A stretch of DNA of 64,000 bases from an uncultured Gammaproteobacteria bacterium (GTDB lineage Bacteria; Patescibacteriota; Patescibacteriia; UBA1558; UBA10009), in assembly GCA_964588165.1 (NCBI GenBank), contig CAZPMS010000003.1, forward strand, positions 10,031-74,030, in the 5' to 3' direction. Below are positions 50,165 to 58,259 of this stretch, piece after piece. The notes under the pieces are model-generated. The model was not told the DNA's origin. It made no database searches and saw nothing but the letters and a program-made list of their open reading frames with translations. A program made the translations under genes and the position numbers. Positions within the stretch are counted from its first letter, which is position 1. Each line of letters starts with the position of its first letter.

Positions 50165-51322
50165 TTACTTAATTATCTTCCTTGGCAACAACGGATTTAT
50201 CCTGGTTACCACTTCGTAATTAATAGTATTTAATTTATTGGCCATTTCATCAACCGTAATTTCCTCTATCCCACGTCCCGAACCTTGTTGAGGGGCCTGC
50301 CTGCCTATTAAAACTACTTCATCTTCCACTTTTATATCATCTATATCAGTAACATCAACCATGCACATATTCATACAAATTCGGCCTAAAATTTTAGCCC
50401 GCAGGCCTTTTATTAAAACATTGCCAATATTGGAATATCCCCTATCCAGACCATCCCAATAACCCACTGGCAAAATGGCTATCTTAGAATCTCTGTTTAA
50501 TCTTTCGCTGCAGCCATAACCGATTGGCATATCTTTTTTAATAGTTTTAATTTGAGCAATAAATGTTTTCCAAGATAAAACTTGCTTTAGGGTTAATAGC
50601 TTCCGATGTTTTTCGGCTGTTAGCCTGGTTTCGTTACTGCTCCAAAGGCCATAAGTGCTTATGCCGGGCCTTACCAGATCAAAATGAGTCTGTTTATATA
50701 AAATTGTGGCTGCACTGCAGGCGGTGTGCTTTAAAGGGATTTTTATTTTATGCTCATCAAGTAAATAGATAGTATTATTAAAAATTTCTAATTGTTTAAA
50801 GGCAAAACTGTGGTCCAGAGTATCTTCAATATTAGCAAAGTGGGTATATAAGCCTTCAATTTTAATATGAGAAAACTTTTTTATACTGTTTATGAAATCT
50901 AAAATATCTGCCGGGTCTATTCCCTGCCGGCCCGTTCCGGTTTCTAGTTTTAAATGAACCTTAATTGATTTTTTTAACTGGCCTAATTTTTTTATGGTAG
51001 CCAAATTATAAACCACCAAGGCAACATCTTTTAATTTAACTAAATCGGATAGTTCATCCAGCTTAACATAGCCTAAAATTAAAATTGGTTTTAAAATTTT
51101 ATGGCTTCTTAATATTTGTGCCTCGGCCAAAGAATTTACGCCAAAAAAATCCACACCGTCTTTTACTAAAACTTTAGTGGTTTCAACTAAGCCGTGCCCA
51201 TAAGCATTGGCTTTTACCGGCACCATAAGTTTAACCTTTGTGCCGATTAATTTCCTGAATTGTGCTAAATTATGAATTAAGGCAGGCTCGCTTATTTCAA
51301 CCCAGCTATTTTTATATATCAT
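50165..51322 (-). CDS. alr: Alanine racemase
   Basis: VKANAYGHG, HLKLETGTGRQG, VRPGI, GYWDG and GRICMN motifs. Confidence 0.96.
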   Translation of the reverse strand: MIYKNSWVEISEPALIHNLAQFRKLIGTKVKLMVPVKANAYGHGLVETTKVLVKDGVDFFGVNSLAEAQILRSHKILKPILILGYVKLDELSDLVKLKDVALVVYNLATIKKLGQLKKSIKVHLKLETGTGRQGIDPADILDFINSIKKFSHIKIEGLYTHFANIEDTLDHSFAFKQLEIFNNTIYLLDEHKIKIPLKHTACSAATILYKQTHFDLVRPGISTYGLWSSNETRLTAEKHRKLLTLKQVLSWKTFIAQIKTIKKDMPIGYGCSERLNRDSKIAILPVGYWDGLDRGYSNIGNVLIKGLRAKILGRICMNMCMVDVTDIDDIKVEDEVVLIGRQAPQQGSGRGIEEITVDEMANKLNTINYEVVTRINPLLPRKIIK

Positions 51323-51381
51323 TGACAATAACTTATTAATATATTATGATAAGATATCATTGTTCATCAACGAGGCACAAA

Positions 51382-51540
51382 ATGTCCGGACAAACCATAG
51401 TCGTAAAAGGAAACGATATTATTTCACACCTATTGAGGTGGTACTTATCAATCTCAAACCGTGAAATTGTATTAAGAATTCCCGTTGGCATTTGGACTGT
51501 TGACCATTGGTCACACTTTGCCACTATACGTCGATACTAA
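51382..51540 (+). CDS. 52-aa hypothetical protein (mini-cassette between alr and serS)
   Basis: TTGACA(51322)-17-TATGAT promoter; ttgttcat leader; GAGG SD. Confidence 0.35.
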   Translation: MSGQTIVVKGNDIISHLLRWYLSISNREIVLRIPVGIWTVDHWSHFATIRRY

Positions 51541-52787
51541 CTATCGGCGTTTTTTATTTTTTCTAAGCCTAAAAATTTTTGTAGAACTTTAGGAACTTTT
51601 ACTGAACCGTCTTTTTGCTGGAACTGTTCTAAAATTGCCGGAATAAGTCTGGATGTTGCCAATCCGGATGCATTTAGAGTATGAACAAATTCTTTTTTAC
51701 CGTTATCTTTAAATTTGACGTTGCCTCTTCTTGCTTGATAATCCAAAGCATTGGAAACGCTTGATACTTCTTTATAAACTTTCATGGAAGGAATCCAAAC
51801 TTCCAAGTCAACAGTTTTAGCCATAGCGGCACTGGCATCCCCGGCAGCCAAAAGCGATGTTTGGAAATGCAAACCCAAACCCTCAACAAGTTCCTGAGCT
51901 TGTTTTAGTAATTCATCAAAGGCCTGCCAGGAATCTTCAGGCTTGGTAAACTGGAACATTTCTATTTTGTTAAATTGATGCCCTCTGATCATACCTCTTT
52001 CTTCTGCCCTATAACTTCCTGCCTCTCTCCTAAAACAGGTAGAAAAAGCAAAATATTTTAACGGCAGCTTCTCCGCATCTAAAATTTCATCCCTATGATA
52101 ATTGCCCAACATCATTTCAGCTGTGGCATTTAAACAAGTTTTGTCCTGGGTCCAAAACAGATCATCTTTAAATTTTGGCAGATGTCCTGAAACATAAGCT
52201 GACTCCTCGTTTAGTAAATATGGAGGAATTAAAAATGTATATTTGTTCTTCCTATGAAATTCAATAAAATAATTTAACAGTGCCCACTCCAGCAAAGCAC
52301 CATTGCCAGTGTAAGCCCAAAAACCTGTGCCGGACATTTTAACTGCCCTTTCGTAATCAATTAAGCCTAAAGTGGTTGCCAGTTCTATATGGTCTTTGGC
52401 CTTAAATTTAAACTCAGGTTTTTTGCCAAAAGAATCATCCAAAACTTCATTTTTTTCCTTGCCACCGGCCGGAACACCATCAGCCGGGATATTTGGCAAA
52501 GCCGACATTAACTTATTTAATTTACCTTGGACATCTAAAACATTAGCATCTGCATCCTTAATCTCTCTTTTTAAAGTTCTCAATCTTTTAATAACCTGCG
52601 GTTCCGGTTTAGATTTAGATAATTTATTTTGTTCTGCTTTTAATTCTTCAGCTTTAACTATAAATTTGCGACGCTGTTCGTCCAAATTTAAAATTTTATC
52701 TAAATCCAAATCAGCTTTGGGCATTCTTTTTAGTAAAGCCTTGGCTACTTCATTTTTATTCTCTTTGATTTTATTAATGTCTAGCAT
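51537..52787 (-). CDS. serS: Serine--tRNA ligase
   Basis: MLDI, LPNIP, TAE, FRREAG, HQFNKIE, EVSSVSN and HTLNASGLA motifs. Confidence 0.97.
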   Translation of the reverse strand: MLDINKIKENKNEVAKALLKRMPKADLDLDKILNLDEQRRKFIVKAEELKAEQNKLSKSKPEPQVIKRLRTLKREIKDADANVLDVQGKLNKLMSALPNIPADGVPAGGKEKNEVLDDSFGKKPEFKFKAKDHIELATTLGLIDYERAVKMSGTGFWAYTGNGALLEWALLNYFIEFHRKNKYTFLIPPYLLNEESAYVSGHLPKFKDDLFWTQDKTCLNATAEMMLGNYHRDEILDAEKLPLKYFAFSTCFRREAGSYRAEERGMIRGHQFNKIEMFQFTKPEDSWQAFDELLKQAQELVEGLGLHFQTSLLAAGDASAAMAKTVDLEVWIPSMKVYKEVSSVSNALDYQARRGNVKFKDNGKKEFVHTLNASGLATSRLIPAILEQFQQKDGSVKVPKVLQKFLGLEKIKNADS

Positions 52788-52796
52788 ATTTTGAAA

Positions 52797-52849
52797 ATTA
52801 AGGATTAAGGATTAAGGAAGAATTTAATCAATCCTTAGTCCTTAGTCCT
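52797..52849. repeat. 7-mer tandem/inverted repeat (attaagg)n ... (tccttag)n
   Basis: Direct reading of the sequence. Confidence 0.75.
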
Positions 52850-52852
52850 GAA

Positions 52853-53437
52853 TTATAGAAACTTCACAATCTCTTCTATATTTTTTCTGCGATGGTTAAT
52901 TTGATTATATTCATCATCAGTAAGTTCTGATAAATTTTTATTAAAAACTTTCTCTATAAAAAATGCGCGGTACGGGAAGCCTTCCGGGTAATTATCATTA
53001 TATTCATCTGTTAAAAAACCTTCTATGGAATTGGTTGAACAATGCAAATCGCTATTTGATTTTGCCAAACACAGAGTAGCGGTAAATTTAGCCTGGCGTT
53101 TATCCTCTGGAATTCTTTTTACTACCTTCTGCAAATGATCCACAATTTCTTGGTCTGTTGCCTCAAATCCCATCCATCTGCGGGATTTCACGCCCGGTTC
53201 ACCATTTAGATAATCAATAGTAAAGCCTCCGTCTTCAGCTAAAGTTGGCATTTTAGCTAAATTATAATAAAAGCTGGCTTTATCTTCTGCGTTGGCTTTA
53301 AAAGTGTCTTTATTTTCTTCAAACTTATCAGTTATGCCCAAAGTGTTTAAGGTTTCCACTTTAAAGTCTTTTTCCACCAAAATCCTTTTGTAATCTTTTA
53401 TTTTAGCAGGATTGTGAGTGGCAATTAAAACCTTCAT
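52853..53437 (-). CDS. Ham1/RdgB-family non-canonical purine NTP pyrophosphatase
   Basis: ATHNPAK, LAEDGG..IDYLNGEPGVKSRR and INHR motifs. Confidence 0.88.
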   Translation of the reverse strand: MKVLIATHNPAKIKDYKRILVEKDFKVETLNTLGITDKFEENKDTFKANAEDKASFYYNLAKMPTLAEDGGFTIDYLNGEPGVKSRRWMGFEATDQEIVDHLQKVVKRIPEDKRQAKFTATLCLAKSNSDLHCSTNSIEGFLTDEYNDNYPEGFPYRAFFIEKVFNKNLSELTDDEYNQINHRRKNIEEIVKFL

Positions 53438-55351
53438 CTAATTAAATAATTTAAAGTCTTTGGTTAATTTTTTAACTGAATCAATCTTGCCATAAACCAG
53501 AGCACCTAAATATTCAACTTCTTCATGTTTTTTTTGTGAAGTTATTTTGGCAATTTTTTTATCATCAGTGGTTTCTAACATTTCTCTGGTGAACTCTGCA
53601 ATCTCCAATTCCTTTTCTTTAGCTTTGTTAATTAGTTTTAAAATATCTTTGTTGGATTTTGCCTCTTTTATCATTATGGCATGCTGAATATTGAGTTTAA
53701 TTTCATCATTATCTTTTGTAAAAATTGAATCTTGTTGCAATAAATCTTTACCTTCTCTGGCGCCAAAAGCTGCAGTTAAATGAGCCACTGTATTCATTTC
53801 TTCCCAATCCTCTAAATCTAATTCTTTATTTACAAGAATCACCGCCATCATGGTTTCTTTAGATTTGCCTGCTTTACTAACTTTTTGGCCTTCTGGTTTT
53901 AGGGTTGGGAACAAAATTACTTCTTTAATATTGTGTGTGTTTGTAAGAATATTAACCAGCCTATCAATCCCCATGCCAAGTCCGGCTGTTGGCGGCATGC
54001 CATATTTTAAGGCTTCTATAAATTCATCGTCCTTACCCATGGCTTCTTCATCACCTTTGGCCGTTAAGCTCTGTTGGAACTTAAACCTTTCTTCTTGGTC
54101 TATTGGATCATTAAGTTCAGAAAAAGCGTTCATTAGTTCAATTTTGCCCCCAACAATAAGTTGGAAACGTTCTACATAATTTTCTCGGCCGACAATTTTT
54201 TTTGCCAGTGGTGAAAGCTCTATTGGATGATTAATTATATAAGTTGGGTTTATCATATTAGTCCGGACAAACTTCTTAAATAATTCATCAGCTATTTTAC
54301 CTTTGCCCCAAAACTCTTCTACTCTTAAACCTTTTTTCTTAGCTTCTTTAGTTAATGATTTGGCATCATGCTTATCTAAATCAATCTTTGCTTCTTTAAG
54401 CAAAGCTTCTCTAAAATCCAATCTGGGATACGGCCCTTTGAAATCAATTTTATGTCCGTCGTACTCCACTTTGGTTTTACCGACTACGTTTTTTACCAAC
54501 GCCGGCATAAACTTTTCCATAAACTTCATTAAGCCTTCATAATCCTGGTAAGCCCAATAAAATTCTATTTGGCTAAACTCCGGATTATGGGCATAATCAA
54601 CCCCTTCATTCCTAAAACATCTGGCAATTTCAAAAACCTTTTCGTAACCGCCAACAATTAATTCTTTTAAATACAGTTCCGGCGCAATCCTTAAATACAT
54701 ATCCGTATCCAAAGCATTATGATGGGTTTTAAACGGCTTTGCTATAGCCCCAGAAGCCACTTGCTGCAAAATTGGCGTATCAACCTCTATAAAACCTTCT
54801 TTAATGAAATAATCTCTAATAAATTGGATTAACTTGCTTCTTACGCTGAAAATATTTTTTACTTCCGGGTTTGAAATAAGGTCTAAATATCTTTTTCTGA
54901 ATCTGGTTTCTACATCAGAAAGGCCGTGCCATTTTTCTGGCAATGGCAAAATTGACTTTGTTAACATTTTAAAGTTTTTTACTAAAACTGACTTCTCTCC
55001 CCTCTTGGTGGTAAAAGGGCTGCCGGTTATTTCTATAAAATCACCAACATCAAATGAATTTTTGAAGAATCTGTAATCTTTATCGCCCACTTCATCTTTT
55101 TTAAAGTAAGCCTGGATTTTGCCCGATTCGTCTTCTAAATTCACAAAACACGAACCACCATGCAACCTGATTGACCTTAGCCGGCCAACAATGGTGAATT
55201 TCTTCAATTTTTTAAAATCAGCCAAAACCTGGCCAATTTGATGAGTTCTTTTTACTTCTTTGGGATAAGGATTAATACCATTTTTTTTGATTGTTTTCAG
55301 ACGATTTAACCTAATTTTGTTTTCATCTGAATAGTTTATTTTTTCCGTCAT
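53438..55351 (-). CDS. lysS: Lysine--tRNA ligase (class II) with extra C-terminal DUF2000-like domain
   Basis: LRIAPELYLK, FRNEG, HNPEF and YGMPPTAGLGMGIDRL...FP motifs, then about 145 extra residues. Confidence 0.96.
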   Translation of the reverse strand: MTEKINYSDENKIRLNRLKTIKKNGINPYPKEVKRTHQIGQVLADFKKLKKFTIVGRLRSIRLHGGSCFVNLEDESGKIQAYFKKDEVGDKDYRFFKNSFDVGDFIEITGSPFTTKRGEKSVLVKNFKMLTKSILPLPEKWHGLSDVETRFRKRYLDLISNPEVKNIFSVRSKLIQFIRDYFIKEGFIEVDTPILQQVASGAIAKPFKTHHNALDTDMYLRIAPELYLKELIVGGYEKVFEIARCFRNEGVDYAHNPEFSQIEFYWAYQDYEGLMKFMEKFMPALVKNVVGKTKVEYDGHKIDFKGPYPRLDFREALLKEAKIDLDKHDAKSLTKEAKKKGLRVEEFWGKGKIADELFKKFVRTNMINPTYIINHPIELSPLAKKIVGRENYVERFQLIVGGKIELMNAFSELNDPIDQEERFKFQQSLTAKGDEEAMGKDDEFIEALKYGMPPTAGLGMGIDRLVNILTNTHNIKEVILFPTLKPEGQKVSKAGKSKETMMAVILVNKELDLEDWEEMNTVAHLTAAFGAREGKDLLQQDSIFTKDNDEIKLNIQHAIMIKEAKSNKDILKLINKAKEKELEIAEFTREMLETTDDKKIAKITSQKKHEEVEYLGALVYGKIDSVKKLTKDFKLFN

Positions 55352-55418
55352 AATAGAAAAATTATAGCTAAAAATTGATTATTTTACAATAGGTTATTGA
55401 ATTGTCCACAAATAGTGT

Positions 55419-55447
55419 TTGACAAAAATAAGATGATGTTTTAAACT
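55419..55447 (+). promoter_or_regulatory. Sigma70 promoter, array unit 1
   Basis: TTGACA-17-TAAACT. Confidence 0.75.
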
Positions 55448-55453
55448 TTAGAT

Positions 55454-55552
55454 TCTCCTCTCTCCATGTTCGCATGGAGTTCCGCGCCCGCCCGGTCTTC
55501 GGACCGGGCTCCTACAACAACAGGTTCAGAAACACATCTCTGAACCTTTTTT
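55454..55552 (+). ncRNA. Array sRNA 1 (~100 nt)
   Basis: Hairpins ctccatg-TTCG-catggag and gcccggtc-TTCG-gaccgggc; terminator aggttcaga-aacacatc-tctgaacct plus U tract. Confidence 0.75.
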
Positions 55553-55593
55553 CTTTGTTTTAAAAAATTGCTAATTAATACCTTTGGGATGCC

Positions 55594-55622
55594 TTGACAA
55601 AAACTATAGATTAATATATAGT
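55594..55622 (+). promoter_or_regulatory. Sigma70 promoter, array unit 2
   Basis: TTGACA-17-TATAGT. Confidence 0.8.
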
Positions 55623-55628
55623 AATTTT

Positions 55629-55754
55629 TGCCTCCTGTTTATCTTTGTCTTCACCCAAGCATGAGGCATCTTCACTATATGTGAAGGAAAACTTGCCGGT
55701 CACTTACATCAGTAAGTGACGGAAAGGCTCAGAAGCGCAACTCTGGGCCTTTTT
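55629..55754 (+). ncRNA. Array sRNA 2 (~125 nt)
   Basis: P1 tgcctc/gaggca with loop ending TCTTCACCC; P2; P3 gtcacttac-ATCA-gtaagtgac; terminator aggctcaga/tctgggcct. Confidence 0.75.
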
Positions 55755-55789
55755 CTTTGGTAAAAAAAATATAGAGCCATTAAGCTATC

Positions 55790-55817
55790 TTGACAAAAAT
55801 AAGCATTAATGTATAAT
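55790..55817 (+). promoter_or_regulatory. Sigma70 promoter, array unit 3
   Basis: TTGACA-16-TATAAT. Confidence 0.8.
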
Positions 55818-55822
55818 GTTTT

Positions 55823-55946
55823 TGTCTCTTAATCAATCTCCACCCGATTTTGAGACGCCTCCCCAATTCGACCTGGGGAACTAACTGAGTCGCTTTCATC
55901 AGAAAGTGGCGAAAAGGTTCAGAAACACATCTCTGAACCTTTTTTT
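55823..55946 (+). ncRNA. Array sRNA 3 (~125 nt), structural paralog of sRNA 2
   Basis: P1 tgtctc/gagacg with loop ending TCTCCACCC; P2 tcccca/tgggga; P3 gtcgctttc-ATCA-gaaagtggc; terminator identical to unit 1. Confidence 0.75.
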
Positions 55947-55987
55947 ATCCACTTGTTGCAATTTTACTTTTCAAGATATAATTAAAC

Positions 55988-56150
55988 TAATCATAGGAGA
56001 TTTTAATAACATTCGGTGAACCCACTCCCTTTTAGTTTTGTCAGACTGACCACCCCTTATTGAGCCTTCGGGGTTGACAATTCATACGCATACCGGGTAC
56101 ACCGAAACAATCAAAACGAGCCTGGCACTTTCCCCGTCAGGCTCTTATAT
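55988..56150 (+). ncRNA. Array RNA 4 (~160 nt; rod with symmetric bubble)
   Basis: TATAAT at 55977; ttcggtg/caccgaa, accc/gggt, ttgtca/tgacaa and cccc/gggg pairs; terminal hairpin gagcctggc/gtcaggctc. Confidence 0.6.
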
Positions 56151-56184
56151 TTGACAACAATATTAAATCTTTTATAATAAAAAT

Positions 56185-56446
56185 ACCCTGGAATCATGTG
56201 CCAGGTTTAGTGCGAGTTTGGTAGGCTTGCGCTATCGCGCCTGGGTTGTTATCTGGCGGATTGAGTACCGTCAAATAACTTGCTGGTTGTGGGACCAACA
56301 AACCCGTGCGTGAACTCCCTCACTGCCCGTCAGCGTCCTGTTGACGGGAGCAAACAACTTACTTCTAATACACATCAACTTCAACCAAGGAGATTACTGA
56401 AGGTTTCCATATCATCTACAAAAGCTTAACATCAGTTAAGCTTTTT
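56185..56446 (+). ncRNA. Array RNA 5 (~260 nt; multibranch)
   Basis: TTGACA(56151)-16-TATAAT; at least five helices; bidirectional terminator aaaagcttaac-ATCA-gttaagctttt. Confidence 0.6.
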
Positions 56447-57235
56447 ATTTTTGTACTTAAAATAATATTTCAGCCAACTCAATAAATGGGTTCTGGCTGA
56501 CTTTGAAAAAATTGATGAAAATAAATTGCCTTCTGCTGAGATCCTTTGATGGTAATGGATAACACTTGCTTCTGCCACATACCACACTTCCCATTTTTTT
56601 TCCCAAAACCGCCGGCACCAGTCTAAATCTTCCATATATAAAAAATATCTTTCATCCAATAAGCCAACTTCATCAATGGCACTTTTTCTAACCATCAAAC
56701 AAGCGCCAAATAGCCAATCAACTTTGGCATTAGACATATGGTCCCAATCCATCATTAAATAGTGTTCGTTCCATTTTTTCCCTTTCTTTGTTCTGGATAA
56801 AAATGTCCTCCTATAAAAAGGCAGTTTCCAGTCTGGGAATCTGGAGCAAGTAAACTGGATAGAGCCATCCGGATTTTTAATTTTTGGCCCGGCAATGCCT
56901 ATCCGCAAATTAGCCTCCATAAACTTATATAATTTGGTAATTGCATCTGATAAAATAGTAACATCGGGATTTAAAATTAATATATATTTTCCTTTGGCAA
57001 TTTTTATTCCTAAATTATTTCCTGCCGCATAACCCCTGTTCTCTGCAGCTCTAATAAATTTAACATCAATGAATTCATTTTTAACCATCTCTTCTATATT
57101 ATCTCCGGAGTTATTATCAACCACAATAATTTCATAATCTAAAGGAATATTTAAAGACCTTAAACCTTTTAAGCTTTGTTTTACCAGCCCTTTTTGCTTA
57201 TAGCTTAATATTATAATTGATAAATCTTTACTCAT
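56432..57235 (-). CDS. GT2 glycosyltransferase (rhamnosyltransferase-like)
   Basis: VVDNNS, NRGYAAGNN, LNPD, GAC and YMEDLDWC motifs. Confidence 0.92.
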   Translation of the reverse strand: MSKDLSIIILSYKQKGLVKQSLKGLRSLNIPLDYEIIVVDNNSGDNIEEMVKNEFIDVKFIRAAENRGYAAGNNLGIKIAKGKYILILNPDVTILSDAITKLYKFMEANLRIGIAGPKIKNPDGSIQFTCSRFPDWKLPFYRRTFLSRTKKGKKWNEHYLMMDWDHMSNAKVDWLFGACLMVRKSAIDEVGLLDERYFLYMEDLDWCRRFWEKKWEVWYVAEASVIHYHQRISAEGNLFSSIFSKSARTHLLSWLKYYFKYKNKKLN

Positions 57236-58259
57236 ACCATTTTTCTAAACTGCTTGGCTTTATTTTAACCATATTCTTAAAAATATATTTTCGTTTTTTC
57301 TTATTGTTTTTCCGCTGTTTTAAAAACATTTTTAAACCCTCCAATGTTTGCTGTTCAAATAAAAAAATAAAGATTATTTTTTTAAACTCATACCAAAATA
57401 TATGAAAAAAGTACTTAAGAAAATTTGCCCTGAATTCATTTTTAAAAAGCATTAATAAATGATTTTTGTATGAATAAATTTTTACCATCCTGTCTTTGCG
57501 TTTTCTGCTTTCTTTTACTGCCTTATCGCGTAAATCTTTGCCAGCTTTTATTGTCCTATCATGATAAGCCTTGGCTTCGGGCAGATAAAAGGAATTAAAG
57601 CCGGCCAGGCGTAATCTGAATGATAAATCAACATCTTCTTTGTAGGCAAAAAAATCTTCATCAAAATATTCTTGGTGTGAATAGTTTTTAGATAAGCTGA
57701 TCTTTATTTTTTCCAAAGCTGACCTTCGGTATGTTGGCAAAGCTCCGGAAAGCCCAAAAACCTCTTTTGTTTTATCATATTGGCCCTTATCTATCTCCCC
57801 CTGCCCTACTTCTATTACACGATGATTTTTAAAAATTTTCAAACCCAATGAATCAATATATTTAGTCTTGCTGTTGGTGCCAAAATCCCATCTTAATATT
57901 TTACCGCCAACGGCTGCAGCTTCTGGATGATTTTCTAAATATTTTATTATTTTCTCTAGATAATCCGGTTCCAATATAATATCCTGGTTTAGCAAAGTTA
58001 TATATTTACTATTAGACCAAGAAATTGCCTGGTTATGAGTTTTAGTAAAGCCCAAATTTTTTGGATAGCTAACAACTTTAACTTGAGGATAATTTTCTGC
58101 CAAAAAACTCAAGGTATTATCAGAAGAACCGTTATCAATAACAAGCAGGTTAAAATCAGTAAAAGTCTGCTTAAAAACAGAACCCAAACAAAACGGCAAA
58201 TACTTTTCCGCATTATAAGTAACTAAATTTAAACTTAGTTTAGTTTGCTCTTTCATCAT
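57228..58259 (-). CDS. GT2 glycosyltransferase
   Basis: IDNGSSD, NLGF, LNQD and YKEDVDL motifs; start taken at MMKEQ. Confidence 0.92.
   Translation of the reverse strand: MMKEQTKLSLNLVTYNAEKYLPFCLGSVFKQTFTDFNLLVIDNGSSDNTLSFLAENYPQVKVVSYPKNLGFTKTHNQAISWSNSKYITLLNQDIILEPDYLEKIIKYLENHPEAAAVGGKILRWDFGTNSKTKYIDSLGLKIFKNHRVIEVGQGEIDKGQYDKTKEVFGLSGALPTYRRSALEKIKISLSKNYSHQEYFDEDFFAYKEDVDLSFRLRLAGFNSFYLPEAKAYHDRTIKAGKDLRDKAVKESRKRKDRMVKIYSYKNHLLMLFKNEFRANFLKYFFHIFWYEFKKIIFIFLFEQQTLEGLKMFLKQRKNNKKKRKYIFKNMVKIKPSSLEKWYE

Noticed and set aside
55402-55953. oriC suggested by DnaA-box-like ttgtccaca (55402) and ttatccact (55945)
   Set aside because: Only two imperfect boxes, no dnaA/dnaN nearby, and gene orientation does not diverge here.
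55419-56446. CRISPR array or tRNA cluster
   Set aside because: There is no constant repeat with regular spacers, no cas gene, and no cloverleaf with T-loop and acceptor stem; each unit has its own promoter and terminator-like hairpin.
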